From NCBI RefSeq assembly GCF_052425735.1, contig NC_135758.1, positions 26,040,001 through 26,104,000 on the forward strand: a stretch of 64,000 bases of DNA, given 5' to 3'. Below are positions 1 through 12,664 of this stretch, piece by piece (positions within the stretch are counted from its first letter, which is position 1; each line of letters starts with the position of its first letter). The stretch is from Oculina patagonica (taxonomy: Eukaryota). Both the position numbers and the translations under genes were made by a program. Under the pieces are notes generated by a model, which was not told the origin of the DNA, did no database searches, and saw only the letters and a list, made by a program, of their open reading frames with translations.

Positions 1-334
1 AAATTAAAAAATTTAGTACTTGTGGGTTTAATACCTATTCATTATGGCTTTAGACAAAGGTTCCGACAATTTTTCTTGCAGATGTCGCGCTAATTAGTTG
101 CGTAGTTGAATTTTTCATTTTAGCGAACTATTTTTACCCTAGTGCACACGTTGCATTAAGAAACGCCACACAAATATGCAGGTTTAGTCATGTACGGACA
201 TGCTTCCCATTCCCATTTTTTGTTTCCGAATCCCAGTCCCAGTGACCTAAATCCCATTTTCCCAGTGAAAAAATAGGCAAATCCCAGTCAAAATAGGCAA
301 ATCCCAGTTCCCATTTTACCCCTTCAGGACCCTC

Positions 335-580
335 TTTTAAGTTGATTGAGTTTCTACTTTGTGCTAATGAGTTATCCTTTACTAATATGTCAGTTCTTAA
401 AGAGTTTCTGTCGAGTGTTGGTCGCTTTGATTTTTTAAAAAAGTTGAAACGAGTCGAGTTGCGTATCTCTATTGGAAGCATTTTAGAGTGTTATGTTCTG
501 CGTAAAGGTAGTTCTGATATGAAATATTTTGATTGTTATGCGAATATCGTTGAGTTTTTGCTAAGAACCCGAGAAGAATA
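335..580 (+). pseudogene. B-family DED-Bcl-2-like fragment (B-psi0), truncated at both ends
   Basis: LIEFLLCANELSFTNMSVLKEFLSSVGRFDFL...YANIVEFLLRTREE closely matches the B1 protein encoded at 25417; there is no start and no 3' half. Confidence 0.8.
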
Positions 581-848
581 CGGCGGAGAGACCGAACAAA
601 TGCATGACTAGCCTTTTATATCCAAGAATTGCAAACAAACACCCTGATAGGGCATTGCTATCTGTACGACGAAACCACGGCAACAATAGTCTAAAGATAA
701 GCACGCAAGGCATGCAAAATCATTTTTAGATGAAGAGGAAGTTTCTCTCCCAGGCGCAGCGATCCTTTTGATCAGCACTCAGAGCCAGAGTCCTGGGACG
801 ACAATGATCATGCGCACTTCCTCTATCCTCCTACGTAAATTTACAGTC

Positions 849-1270
849 ATGGCGTTGCTACCAGAAATAAATGAAAGCGTCCTTTTCACCTAAGTACTGC
901 TATTGAAGGGTCCGGTTGCTTTCAAGTTGTTTGTGATCAAGCGTGTTAGGTCATTACTCATCGATAGGCGAGAGGCAATTAGGCACTGCTGTATTGGGTG
1001 TAGGTCTGGAGTCGATGTTAGGTGTAATCATATAGTGATGTTCAGATTTATCGAGTTTTTGTATAGTGATGCGCATGCGAACCCTTTCAGAAGACACTCA
1101 GACGTATTTTATTCGAAATTCAAGAATCTGATTGGTTCTCCCACTGTTAGGAGATCATATCAAGTTAAAGCCCGTGGATTAATTTCGACAAGGCACAAGT
1201 AGTAACGCAAAAATTCTGGAGATTTTGGATAGCGCGATTTTGACTTCTCATTTATTGTCAGTAGTCTTGG
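849..1270 (+). pseudogene. Decayed B-family copy (B-psi1)
   Basis: ATGGCGTTGCTACCAG start, preceded by sequence homologous to the B2 upstream region (29500-29750); frameshifts, stops and deletions follow; 1205-1260 matches the B exon-1 LEILDS segment. Confidence 0.75.
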
Positions 1271-1349
1271 TGAATTTTTATTATTAAGGACACTTAAATA
1301 ATGACTTCTCAACTCGAAAGGACGTGTCACTAATCACTATTCCGTAAGA

Positions 1350-1621
1350 CTACAACCTTGGAAAAGACTGTTGAAACACTTAGCAAATTTCCACTAATTT
1401 AGCTAACAGAGTTCAGTTTTGCACCCCTCCCCCCTCCCCCATTTCAATGTTGTTAATGCTGTAGTGCTTTTAAACCAAAGCCTGTCGAACCGCAAACCCC
1501 AAGACACAACATTGAGTAGGGGGAGAGGGGGATAAAATATTTTTACCCGCTTACAGTTCAGGATATTTGTGAAAAATGCGTGAAATGCGTTTGTTTCAAC
1601 TAGTTTTGTCCAAGATTGTAG
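1350..1621. mobile_element. MITE-like element with imperfect TIRs; a second copy lies at ~48927-49203
   Basis: Ends CTACAACCTTGGAAAAGACTGTTGAAACA / TGTTTCAACTAGTTTTGTCCAAGATTGTAG; internal sequence shared with the 48.9-kb copy. Confidence 0.6.
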
Positions 1622-2159
1622 GTATGTTTAACGAACCGCCCTGACAGTGACAAACCTCAGCGAAAAATAAAGCATCTTTAAAAAGCTTTTTTGTGAATGA
1701 GACCATAAATTATTATATCTGAGGGGTGTTTCTAGGCTAATTGAAACAATAACAAGACACTGTTAACGTCGCATCTTTTATTGAAAGTTCTCTAATGGTT
1801 CATTAACATAACATAACAATCTATAAACATTTTACGACGAGTCCTTTTATTATATTTGTTTCAACTCAGTTTGACATAAAAAAATATCCATTTTGTTTGC
1901 ACTTGGGTTTGTTCAATTCTTTGTTACGCTTTGTTTCTTTGTTAATATTTCGTAATTCTTTCAATTATGCCTATATTCCTCTTGTTTAAGATTTTAGGTC
2001 TTTTCAATGCCTTGTTTTTAATTTTTTATATTTTTTTCGACTTTTATATTTTTTTAAATTATCATTGTTGTTGTTGTTGTTGTTTTGCAAATTTCCTTTA
2101 ATTTGCTGTTGTCTAGTTATTTTAAGGCACTAAACACTCGCCTTATAACGTTTTATTAT

Positions 2160-2330
2160 GCCGTTGTCGCTTAGCTGCAGTAGAACTGCATTACCAGGGT
2201 TACGACGAGGACGTGCGACATCCGACTTGGTGGTAGAGTCTATGACCTGGTGGGTATTTTGTGGCACTAACAAGGTACGCTCGGTAGCCGCAGTGCACCA
2301 CACCCAGACCCATTTCCACCTTTCAACCCC
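2160..2330 (-). ncRNA. HDV-like self-cleaving ribozyme (copy 1)
   Basis: Minus strand: P1 GGGGUU/AACCCU, long J1/2, P2 UGUCGC/GCGACA, P3 ACG/CGU, L3 UCCUCGU, P1.1 GG, P4 UGCAG/CUGCA, J4/2 GCUAA containing the catalytic C (2174). Confidence 0.85.
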
Positions 2331-2387
2331 ATGTATAGAGTCAGTCTGTCTGTTGGTTAGGTCTTGTAAGTCTTGGATGGACTGTTA

Positions 2388-2538
2388 AGGCCGATTTACA
2401 CGGTACAATTTTGTCGCGTGCGACATGCTTACGACACGAATTGCGTCGTGTAAATCGAACCTACAACTCGCTTACGACTGTCGTAGGCGTGTCGTAAGCT
2501 TGTCGCATGCAACAAAATCGTACCGTGTAAATCGGCCT
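2388..2538. mobile_element. PIF/Harbinger-type palindromic MITE
   Basis: TIR AGGCCGATTTACACGGTAC / GTACCGTGTAAATCGGCCT, long internal palindrome, TTA target duplication at 2385-2387 and 2539-2541. Confidence 0.8.
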
Positions 2539-2574
2539 TTAGTTGTATTTATTCATTTTTCACTTTCTCAAAGT

Positions 2575-2694
2575 TTATATGGCATCTTTAAATTGTTTAA
2601 CCACTTCCGCTCTCCGCTGCTTTTGCAAGGACAAGCTAGTGCTGGACTCCGTGTTCTGAATGGACTTTTCCCTCACATGAGTACAGAAATCTTC
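2575..2694 (-). CDS. A1 DED-Bcl-2-like protein, exon 2 (EDFCTHVREKS...AEVVKQFKDAI*)
   Basis: ttcgcag acceptor, phase 0, homologous to exon 2 of the other A genes. Confidence 0.85.
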   Translation of the reverse strand, partial: EDFCTHVREKSIQNTESSTSLSLQKQRRAEVVKQFKDAI

Positions 2695-3994
2695 CTGCGA
2701 ATTGAACCAAAGGAGATTTAAGTATTTATTTTAAAACCATTATATTCCAATTGTAAAACGTTTAGTCAATGTTGCTATATCTTGAGTGTCAGAGTTTTTT
2801 TCGAAAGCGAGCCATGACGGATTGGCAAAATAATAGACTTGTTAGCAATGTAAGGTAAAGCAAATTCTTTAATCAAAACGTTTTTCGCTGGCCTCTCTTG
2901 CATCGTTGTTGTGGCTTATACAGTTGGGGATAAGTGCCAGTTTTGGCAAATTTTCGTTGAAGCACTCGGAGAGTTTCCGAATTATTTCATCCAATCAAAA
3001 ACTAGCGCGAATGCACACGAGTACTTCGAAAGCAATCGCGCAAGCAAATAAGTCATGTTGCTAAACAACTTTCAATGAAAACCGCGGGCTCAGTCGCTTC
3101 TCGGAGGAGTGATGTCGCAATCAACTGGCACTTGTTCCCCCGACTGTACAGTTCTTGCAGTGAAAAAAGCAGTTGTCTCCCAAGGGTAGTGTAGCTGAAA
3201 GTGGCACATGCGATGCATTTTTTTTAATTATTATTATTTTTCTCGATGTATTTGGCATGTGCAAGAAGAAGCAGTTGTATGAAATTTGACAAAAATCACA
3301 GCATACAACCACCAACAAGTACCCAGAGTGTTCTTCGAGTTTGTAAGAGATTTATTATTATTATTTTATCCCTTTGGTAATATTAGTTCCGGGGAGGGGG
3401 CAAGGGGTACTACTTATATACGCTTTAAGGGTATGTGACGTTGGATCGGGTCCAATTTTGAACCTTCCATCAGGCCTGTGATGGGGTTCCAAATTTCGCC
3501 ATCCGTCTTAGATGGGGTAGCTAAATGGGGGGATTTAACGTAAAATTTATATATTATTGCTTATTTAACCAGGTAGTTTTGCAATGTGCTAAACTAAATA
3601 TCTGATGTTTAAGTACTGTATAGAAAATTTAAAAATATAAACGTAAACTTCACTTTCGGTCTGGGATTGGGTCTACAATTTAACTCTTCAATCTGAGATG
3701 GAGTAATAAATTTAAGCTTTTCTTGGTCTGAGGAGGAATAGGGGTTTCTAGACACCAGCAGAGCACCAGAATCCAACTTTTGTCAAGTACCATTTCCCCC
3801 ACCCCCACCCCTCCGCCCCAATTGGGTCACCTGTCGCCGTACCTGTTAAATTGGAGCCAATATTATCATCATGCATGCCGTGAATAATTTATATATGTCA
3901 AAAGACAAAACACTCTACAGCGCTCGGGGCGTCGCCGCTTATAGAAGAGTAAATTATCTTTTAAACATTTGTTATTTGAAACTGCGTAACTTAC

Positions 3995-4672
3995 CCAATC
4001 TCCTAGTTCCATCATTCGAGAGCAGAGCTCATCAGCCGCAGTGACACACAGCTCCACCATCGGTTCTTGTCGTTCTTCGTTCAAGGAGGCGGCAGCTATG
4101 ATTTCTCCAGCAATAATAACAAGCAAAGTAAATTTACTCCACGACGTCAGTTCTGTGCAGTCGATTTCCTCTTCAAAATCCACCAACTCTCTCCTCATCT
4201 CTTTACTCGATTCCACTGCAAAGCTGATCTCTGTGATGTCAACTTTGTCTCGAACGATTTCTCTAAGTCTCCCTAAATACCCAGCTACTCTTTTCACGGC
4301 TACAGAACAACAAAGTAACTCCGATTGTAGAATTTTCCTAGCATGGAAATCCAGAAGTAGTGTCAGGTCCCGCTTGATTTCAAACTCGGTCAACTCTTTA
4401 ACAAGATCGATTCTTCCTATATCATGCATAGCTTGTTTCACTAAATTTACATCTTCCCACGATATCTTTCCCTTGTACTCCAAAGAACGTAATATGTCCA
4501 TAGATTTGGTAGCGTGTATCGGAATAAGTCCATTACAGTAAAAACGAAGCTTTTTTAGATGTTCTTTATCCAATTTATTAGAAATTTGTAGTAATACACC
4601 ATTATAAGATACTAAAAGTTTGTCAGTCACAGTCAAAGTTAACGTTGACATGTCTTCAGAATTCAGGTTCAT
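3995..4672 (-). CDS. A1 DED-Bcl-2-like protein, exon 1
   Basis: DED with GRIDL (RxDL) motif, then BH4-like and BH1-like segments; ends ELGDW|gtaagt; start is 4672 or 4651. Confidence 0.85.
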
Positions 4673-4916
4673 CAGTTAAGTTTGCAAGCAAACCTTCCTT
4701 CAATCCTCTTACGTCTTCCAAGGAAATCATCCCAACATGTACTAATGAAGTAAAAATGGCTAAAAATCCGATTTCTTCCATAGTAGCTTGTTTACATCTA
4801 GAGTAGTTGGGTCGAAACTCTTGCTTCTGAGCTTGATCCAATTTACGGGCAATCTTGAGCAGAACCATCGCGTAACTTTGTCGAAATTTATTAATATTAT
4901 CCGCGAACTCCATCAT
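4656..4916 (-). pseudogene. Extra partial DED overlapping the A1 start out of frame
   Basis: FRQSYAMVLLKIARKLDQAQKQEF...LVHVGMISLEDVRGLKEGL aligns with the A-family DED; lacks the RxDL helix. Confidence 0.65.
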
Positions 4917-5810
4917 TGTTATCCATGGCGCAGGAACAAAATGAATGCATAGCTGAACGGCAAATGTTTAATATAAGCACGCAAGGCGTGCAAACTATTT
5001 TTGATATTAAATCTTGATTCACTGTCCAAAATCCACGTGCGCAATTGGTTAAAATAGATCACGTGATTTTGCTTTACCTGTCGACCGCAAACTCCGACAG
5101 TGCAGTATTGACAATAACGCATAAAAATCATGCATTATTGAAAATGTCTTCAGCTTCAAGGCTTGCAGAAGTGAAAGAAAAATATATTCCTCAAATTATC
5201 AACGATCCAATACCAAACAAAATCGAAGAGGATGACAACTTGAAGCGCTTTTATGTTCAAAGGTAGCTCAATAAATATATTTTTGTGTGCAATTGACTTG
5301 CTTGTTGCTTGATTGCGAAAGCCATCGACTTGCTTTGAACAAGCTTCTTGCTGACTGTATTTATGAACGACCACAGCTGATGAACGATTTTATGAACCAT
5401 TTTTATGAACTTCAAACATTATTGTTTGAAGTTCGTTAAGTCTATGATCACTTTCAGTGTACTCAGATTGTATATTAAAAGGGTTAGAGTCTGTCCGTTC
5501 GTGCTTTGTTGACAAATACACGCACTTGCTAGCCTCACAATGAGCTCGACTGAAATTTTCAATACTGCACTCGACTACGCCTCGTGCAGTATTGTAAATT
5601 TCGAGCTCATTGTGAGGCCAGCAAGTGCGTGTATTTGTCAAAAAACATTCACAGCAGTCTCTAACCCATAATCAGACGACGAGGAAATCTCGTGCCCGGC
5701 GACCGCAATCCTTATGGTCAGCAACAAAAAATTGGAAACTCTGGGATCACTCTTGGGTCGGGGATGAACATGCGCAGTTCTTCAAACCTCCTGCTGGTAA
5801 ATTTTCAGTC

Positions 5811-8345
5811 ATGGCGTTGCCACCAGTAATTTCTTAAATGAAAGCGTTCTTTTCACCTGTGCACTACATGTTAAAGTGTCAGGTTGTTTATTTGGAGTCT
5901 GTAATTAATCGTGTTAGATCATAACTAATCGCTAAGCGGGAGGCATTTAGCACTGATGAGCTGAGTATAGTTCCGGAGTCGATGTCAGATGTCAACGTAT
6001 AATGATGGTGATATGTCTAGGTTTATCGAGTCGGAAAACTTGAACTCTATCGGATTCTTATTATTCGACCAAAACTAACGGCAAAACAGCGAAAAAATCA
6101 ATTTCGGCACGAAAATCTTACGGGAGCGATTTTTGGACATACCGGACCGCACTAAGAGGCAAAATAAGCACCGGTGTGCTGGGTATAGGTTCCGAGTCGA
6201 TGTTAGATATCAACATATAGTGATAGTGATATGTTCAGGTTTATCGAGTATTTGTGTAGTGTTAATAACACTTGTTAGAATTGAAGACACTCAGACGTGT
6301 AAAAGTTTTAGTTGAAATCCGCAAATTTGATTGGTCGCACACTGTTGGAAAATCATGTCATATACCCGTGGAAGCAGGAGGGCATTTTGCGTGCGCATGC
6401 GTCGATATGGGCTAGTGCGCACGACAGAGAAGTTCTGCTATCGATTGTTTACATATTTTTCACAATTTATGGCCTAATTTTCAGCTCAAAATAAAAGGTG
6501 TTTTAAGTTTTATTTGCTGTATACGATACTAAGAGTCCTTGCTTTATCTTCTGACAACAACAAGCATACTTTGGTGTCGGCGTGCCGTTTATCTGATCGA
6601 CTTTGGCTATGTGTATTAAACATTGCGCGTGGACAAAATGGCGACCGAATGTCGAGAACCTAAATACCTTGCCCATGTTTTTAATAGCTGGGAGATCTAA
6701 AAAAAAAGCGCTACGGCTACTTAGTACTAAAATATAAAACAGCAGTTTTAACTATACGATGTTATAATCAAGTATCCCGGGTTTGAGCGAGTGGTCATGA
6801 TTTTGTTCAGATTTTTCATAAAACTGCAATTTCATCGTTCTCACAATGCAAAAATCTCAAAATCTAACCTTGATCTCCAGCGTCTACCGATGATATATGG
6901 AGCCTGAAGTACTTGAACTATCGTCTAATGCTGCGAAGGTAGCGTTAAAAAATGGTCTATTGTGGTAATTTTTACCTTTCTTTAACGTGCGTTCTCGCTG
7001 GTTTATTCTAACAGAGAAACTATCGTTTGTGATTATTTCCTTAAACTTAAGCATTGGTCAAAATAACTTCACATTTCGATGTACCACAATTATTTCGTTG
7101 AACAAGAAAAGAATTGCTGAGATCGGTCTTAATTTTAAAGTGTTATGGTAATTCTTTGCTGGTAGACTATTTGTTTACATTTTACTATGTTAATTAGTAC
7201 ATTTTTGGCTCCTTTATCAAAATCTAGCCTTGATCACCAGTCAAAAAATAGCATGAAACGAGCAAGCGATATATATATATTTCAGAAACGTTCTAATAAC
7301 TGCTGCATAAAATGTCTTAAGAAATAATTTTTAACTATAAACAATGTTATTTTCAAATTTTCATTCAATGTTTGTTTCTTTAAGATTGATGTTCGTTCTG
7401 TTATAACGACTGTTTTACTTCTATGTCGCCTAAATGTGATTTAAAGAACTGCAGTTCTTGTTCCAGGAAACCCTGTTTGCCAGTCGAGGGCAAGCATTGC
7501 TTTAGAGTCATCAGTGAGCTGCATTATCATGTGCAGAACACCCAAACATGTCTTTCCCCTCAGGGAAAACCCTTTTCTTTGGTGGCCGTCCCTTTAGGCA
7601 AAAAATCTCCCGACAAGCTATAATATTGCTCGCACTCTGCCTGTATTACAGCAATTGATTTGATGTGAAGTTTTGATCCTAATATATCACACTCCAGCCC
7701 ACGAATAAATGTTTTCCTCTTTTTACGGCTTGTTTGATTTTTGTCGGTGAAGGCTTTCCTACCTGTCCCACATATTTTCCCATTATTTGCAACAACGATC
7801 CCGAAGCAGGCCAAAAAATCTGCTTTATAAGAGCCTTGCCACACACAAACACTTTTTCTTAGCGAAATTTGCGTCTATATTAAATTATGTGACGATAAAC
7901 AGTACAAAAAGCAAAGTTTGAATCTTCCGCGCCATTTTTATTCCCAAGATCACGCGGTCTTTGTACAGCGGTTGCACGCATGCGCCCGCAAAATGCCCTC
8001 CTGCTACCCGTGGATAGTTTCCGACAAGGCACAAATAGTAACGCAAAAATTCTGGAGTTTTTTAAAAGCTCCATTCTGACTTCTCGACTATGGTCAGTGG
8101 CCTTTGGATAAAGCTATTTGACACTTAATGAATGGTCCGAAGTAAACAGTTTAGTTTGTTACCTGAGAATCTAGATGTTTCCACCTCGAAAAACATTGAG
8201 ATTAGACGGAAACAAAACTAACTGGTTTTCCAAAAATTCTGGAGATTTGGATAGCGCGATTCTGACTTATCAATTATTGTCAGTAGTCTTTGGTTAAAGC
8301 TGTCAGTTGTATGCTTCGTTCACCACTCAATTTAGCAGAGAATAA
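5811..8345 (+). pseudogene. Decayed B-family copy (B-psi2), internally duplicated and split by a TIR element
   Basis: ATGGCGTTGCCACCAG start followed by an early TAA; B-like pieces at 5811-6030, 6150-6360 and 8015-8345. Confidence 0.7.
6373..8005. mobile_element. 1.63-kb non-autonomous DNA transposon with 9-bp TSD (Mutator/Merlin-like)
   Basis: 30-bp TIR AGCAGGAGGGCATTTTGCG(T/G)GCGCATGCGT; ACCCGTGGA duplicated at 6364-6372 and 8006-8014; empty site in the paralogous segment at ~1170. Confidence 0.85.
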
Positions 8346-9404
8346 AGTCATTAAACGATCCCGGTGACAAAGACAAGGAACTACAATAAAAGAAGCTTCT
8401 TTGTGAATGAAACCATAAACAATTACATCTACGGGGTGTTTCTAGGCTACTGGAAATAATAACAAGACACTGTAAACGTCGCATCGTTTATTAAAAGTTC
8501 TCTAACTGATCACTTACACAACATGACAATCCATGAGCATAGTACGACAAGTCCTCGTGTTTTATTTGTTTCCACTGTTTGATATAAAAAGTATCCATTT
8601 TGTTTGCACTTGGTTTTGTTTCAATTCTTTGTTACGCTTTGTTTCTTTGTTAATATTTTGTAATTCTTTCCATTATGCTTGTATTCCTCTTGTTTACCTT
8701 TTAAGTCTTTTTCAACACCTTGTTTTTTCATTTTTTTGTTCTTTTATTTTTTCGTTTTTTATATTTTTTTAAATTATTATTGTAATTTTTGTTGTTGTTA
8801 CTGTTTGTTGTTGTTGTTGTTGTTTTTTCGTAAGTCGTTTTAGTTTTCCTTGCTTCAGCTAGTGGAATGGAGATAATTCTTAACATGTTTCAACTGTCAT
8901 TTGTTTTACACTGTTATCAGCGTACTTCAATACATAACGTTTCAACATACTAAACGATCTTAATTATTCAATATTCACTATTTTCTCTTGCTTCTTTTTC
9001 AATTTTTTTTCAATCTTTTTATGTTATTCACCTTTTTATATATTTTTTCTGTTCTTCAGCTCCTCCTCCCCAAATAAGGAAGGGGGCCGTTATTATTTTT
9101 CTTTTTTGAGTGAGCTTATGTTCACTTCGTTGTGTCAGGTATCCCATCGACTCTTGTCGAGTGCCTGACATGCTGCTGCCTTTTAGCGTAATGTAGTTAG
9201 ATGTCACCTGGAATACTGCTGACCACTGGGTTCAGCCCAGTTGAAAGGTTCTCATTTTCTGTTAACTTTTTACGGTATGATGAAGAGACTGGCGTCATGC
9301 CAATCCCCCAACGTAGAGGAACTGGGATTTCCTTCTATAAGTCGCTGTGTTCCGTTAATTTAAGGCACTAAACACTCGCCTTATAACATTGCATTTTGCA
9401 TTTT

Positions 9405-9569
9405 GCCGTTGTCGCTTAGCTGCAGTAGCACTGCATTACCAGGGTTACGACGAGGACGTGCGACATCCGACTTGGTGGTAGAGTCTATGACATGGTGGGA
9501 ATGCTTGCAAGGCACAACTGGTAGCCTCAGTGCACCCCACCAAGACCCATTATACCACCCTTCAACCCC
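9405..9569 (-). ncRNA. HDV-like self-cleaving ribozyme (copy 2)
   Basis: Same nested double-pseudoknot core as copy 1; only the P4 loop and J1/2 differ; G1 at 9569, catalytic C at 9419. Confidence 0.85.
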
Positions 9570-9620
9570 GCATAAACGTCGTGTAAGTCATGTTAAAATT
9601 CGATAGAACGTGAGTTAAAA

Positions 9621-9743
9621 TTATTCATCTATACTTGATAGAATATCTGTCAGTTGTTGAACCACTTCTGCTCTCTGCCTCTTCTGCAAGGACAAGCTAG
9701 GATTGGACTTCATGTTCTGTCGAACTTGGGCACAGAAGTCATC
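9621..9743 (-). CDS. A2 DED-Bcl-2-like protein, exon 2 (DDFCAQVRQNM...EVVQQLTDILSSIDE*)
   Basis: tttacag acceptor, open frame, homologous to the other A exon 2s. Confidence 0.85.
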   Translation of the reverse strand, partial: DDFCAQVRQNMKSNPSLSLQKRQRAEVVQQLTDILSSIDE

Positions 9744-12664
9744 CTGTAAATAAATTTTAAAAAAGGATTAATTCAGAGGAAAAATATCTGTTTGCAGTTT
9801 GTGAGTATAAAACCTTCAAATAAAGGCTTTGTGATGCAAGTGCAAACGGTCTACCCACTGAGTCATATATGTAGCTATTTGGAAGGAGCCGACAGTGCTT
9901 CGAAGTTCCGCATATATCACAAAGACACATGAGTTAAAATGCCATTGGAGCTAGCCTCACTTAATTTAAAAGTTGATTTCCTCTGCTAACTGCGAAAATT
10001 ACTTCCTGAATTAGGAAATTTCTGCGCGAGAGATCGAATTTTTGTTCCGCTGTCGAGATCATTATGCTACATTAACCTACAATTAACGACGTTTTTGACG
10101 ATTTTCCAAAGATTTCCGACCGTTTCCCGATGATTTCCGAAGATTTTCAAAATGTTGTCCGAAGGTCGTAAAATGTTTCCTAACATTTTCCGAACTTTTC
10201 CAAAAATTCCGAAGATTGCCGAGGAAGATACGAAGATGTTTCGACCTAATATCGATAAACTTTGGTCAAATGAGCATTAAATGAGATGATTGGTCAATAA
10301 TGATATCACACATGTGCGGATATCATTTTTGGGATGCCTAAAGGCATCCTAGTTGTTTACAGGGTGCGTGTGTATTTCCCTTGGGAATGAGGATAATTGG
10401 ATTAACAACCGAAATAACCAATAACAGCATCATATATTGGTCCCTTGGGTGTTGGGCAAACAGGTTTTGGCAAGGTTGGCTTAAATTGTGAGGAATTGAG
10501 GAAAACAGGTTTTGATGCGAAAGACAAGGAAATTAGTCAAATGCATGAACTCGAGGATAACTGGTTTTGCAAGGTGATTGATGGATTGTTTCTATTTTTG
10601 TGTTCAGCTGCGTGTAAACAAAAGCGCTTAAAAGTTCCTTTCAATTAACCCGGGAATTAACCGCCCGAACTAGCTAACATCTAAATTATTCAGTTTCAAT
10701 TGGACTCTCATTCCTCGTATCGTTAGAGCGACTGGCGGAAATGCGTTGACTATGCCAATATGATAAGCAAAAGCGATTTATTTTGGTATTTTCCTTCGTG
10801 AAAGCTAAAATTCCTTGCCGTTCCGTCAAATGTCTACACTTTCAGTGCGTTGCTAATTAAATTAGCTAAATCAGTTACATGCGGCTGACTTTTTCCAATA
10901 ACATTAAATCAATATACAGTACTGCATGTGTCTTAAAATTTAAACAAAGTTTTATTAACAAAAGAGTGTTTGTTTGACTTAAGTAAACTGTAGTAAAAAA
11001 TACTCGTGAATTAAGACGTTTTTCGCCACTTTTGTGTCTTACGTGATGTCTGTTGAAATTTAATTAACAATAAAGTAAACACGCAAAGAGCTAGCTTTAT
11101 ATTTTTCGCTAATACATCGCTTAATTCAAACTTTAAAAGCATTGTAGTAGCTAAAAAATTTCAATATTTTTGGGGGTCGATAAGGATTATCCTTTCGATA
11201 TTTGAAGAACATGAAAAAAGAGTTTGTTCGCCTTCAGTACAACGTGTTGACAGCGTTCTTCTATTTGGATAGTAGACATGCTGTGTAAATAGTTCACATC
11301 GAATCCAAAACAAAACGTTTCGTTCCTCATGAAACCAACCTTACAAAATGCTTCCCGAGAAAAAAATTCGTTTTCTATTGGAGGAGGTTGCCACTCGCTC
11401 ACCGGTCGCCATATATAAATATAGTTGGCTACCAATTCCAAGAAATTTCTCCGAGTTTAAGTCTTTTGTCGATTTTACTTTTTTTCGCTCGCAGTGAGAA
11501 GTGCCGAGATTGAGACATGCACTTTACCCGAGGGACAATAAGAGGGAGCCTTATCAGGTTCTGCACCGTGGTACTCCTCTTTAGTGTGTTGTAAAGGCAC
11601 CTTGAATTAATTTATTGAGATGTCGTTCATGTTTACGGTCCTTCAATGTTCTCAGTTTTAAAAAAACTTACCCTGAACTATATCAGTGACTATATCCACT
11701 GTTGCCCTTACCATAAAAAAAAAACTATAACGGAACTCTTCCGACCAATGTAGTCTACGGTTTATTATAAAGCATAAAACATCTTTACGGCATCCCCATT
11801 TGTTGCTACTTTTCCAGCAACAAATCTACTTGTTATTAATAATCTGCTTTAGTTTATTCCTGGACTAGGCGGAAACTGTGCTCAGACTATGAGATGAAAC
11901 AGGAACCCATTGCCTGGATGAAATTAGGCCTAGATAAGGCGATTGATAGAACTTAGGTAGATTTTGGCTACGGTTATATAGAGATTGGGATAGGGCAAGA
12001 GAATATGTGGCGCTTTATCTAATAAACATTTTGGGATTTGGAGGATCAATGCCAGAGGTTACGGTTAAATTTTGGACAGTAATATGCATTTTTTAGAAGA
12101 AAAAAATGTCGATGAAAGTGAACAAAATTCTACATCGACCGTTAACGGAAGGGAAGGGCGCAACGAGGAAGCCGGGAAAGCAAACCACGGCGGGGAGGTG
12201 AAAAAATAAAAAAATTCGCTAGAAACACCGGATTCTTTGTTATGGCTCAGCCTTCTCTTTCAGCTGCCAGCCGCCACTTCTGATAAATAATTAAACGACA
12301 GACTGCTTCTTGTGGCAAGAGATAAAAGATGCTAAATATTTGAATATACTGATTAAAATAAAATACAAAATCGCCCGATAATTCGGTTCAACGGGGAATC
12401 AAACGGTGGTAAGCAGCATCTGCATCAAAATCGAGTGCCACCGACCAATCAGTACATCATGCACAAACTTTTGTTTCCATTTAGCGATCGCTAAAATATT
12501 TTCAGCCTTGGACCCGTTTTCTTTCGCTTTCGTTTTGGATCATCGTACAAAGACTGTGTGGCGTGAGAAGACAAAATTCGCAAAATACAGTGCTCGGGCC
12601 TTCGCGGCTCAATCAATAAGTAGAATGATCACCTTAAAAATTTGCCATATATTTGTTAGCTTAC

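Noticed and set aside
3869-3994. C-terminal extensions of the exon-1 ORFs (WVS...)
   Set aside because: Read-through into introns; a conserved GT donor follows the Trp codon in every copy
4041-4541. Plus-strand ORFs repeated at 4041, 12711, 24327, 46594 and 55838
   Set aside because: They are antisense shadows of the A-family exon 1
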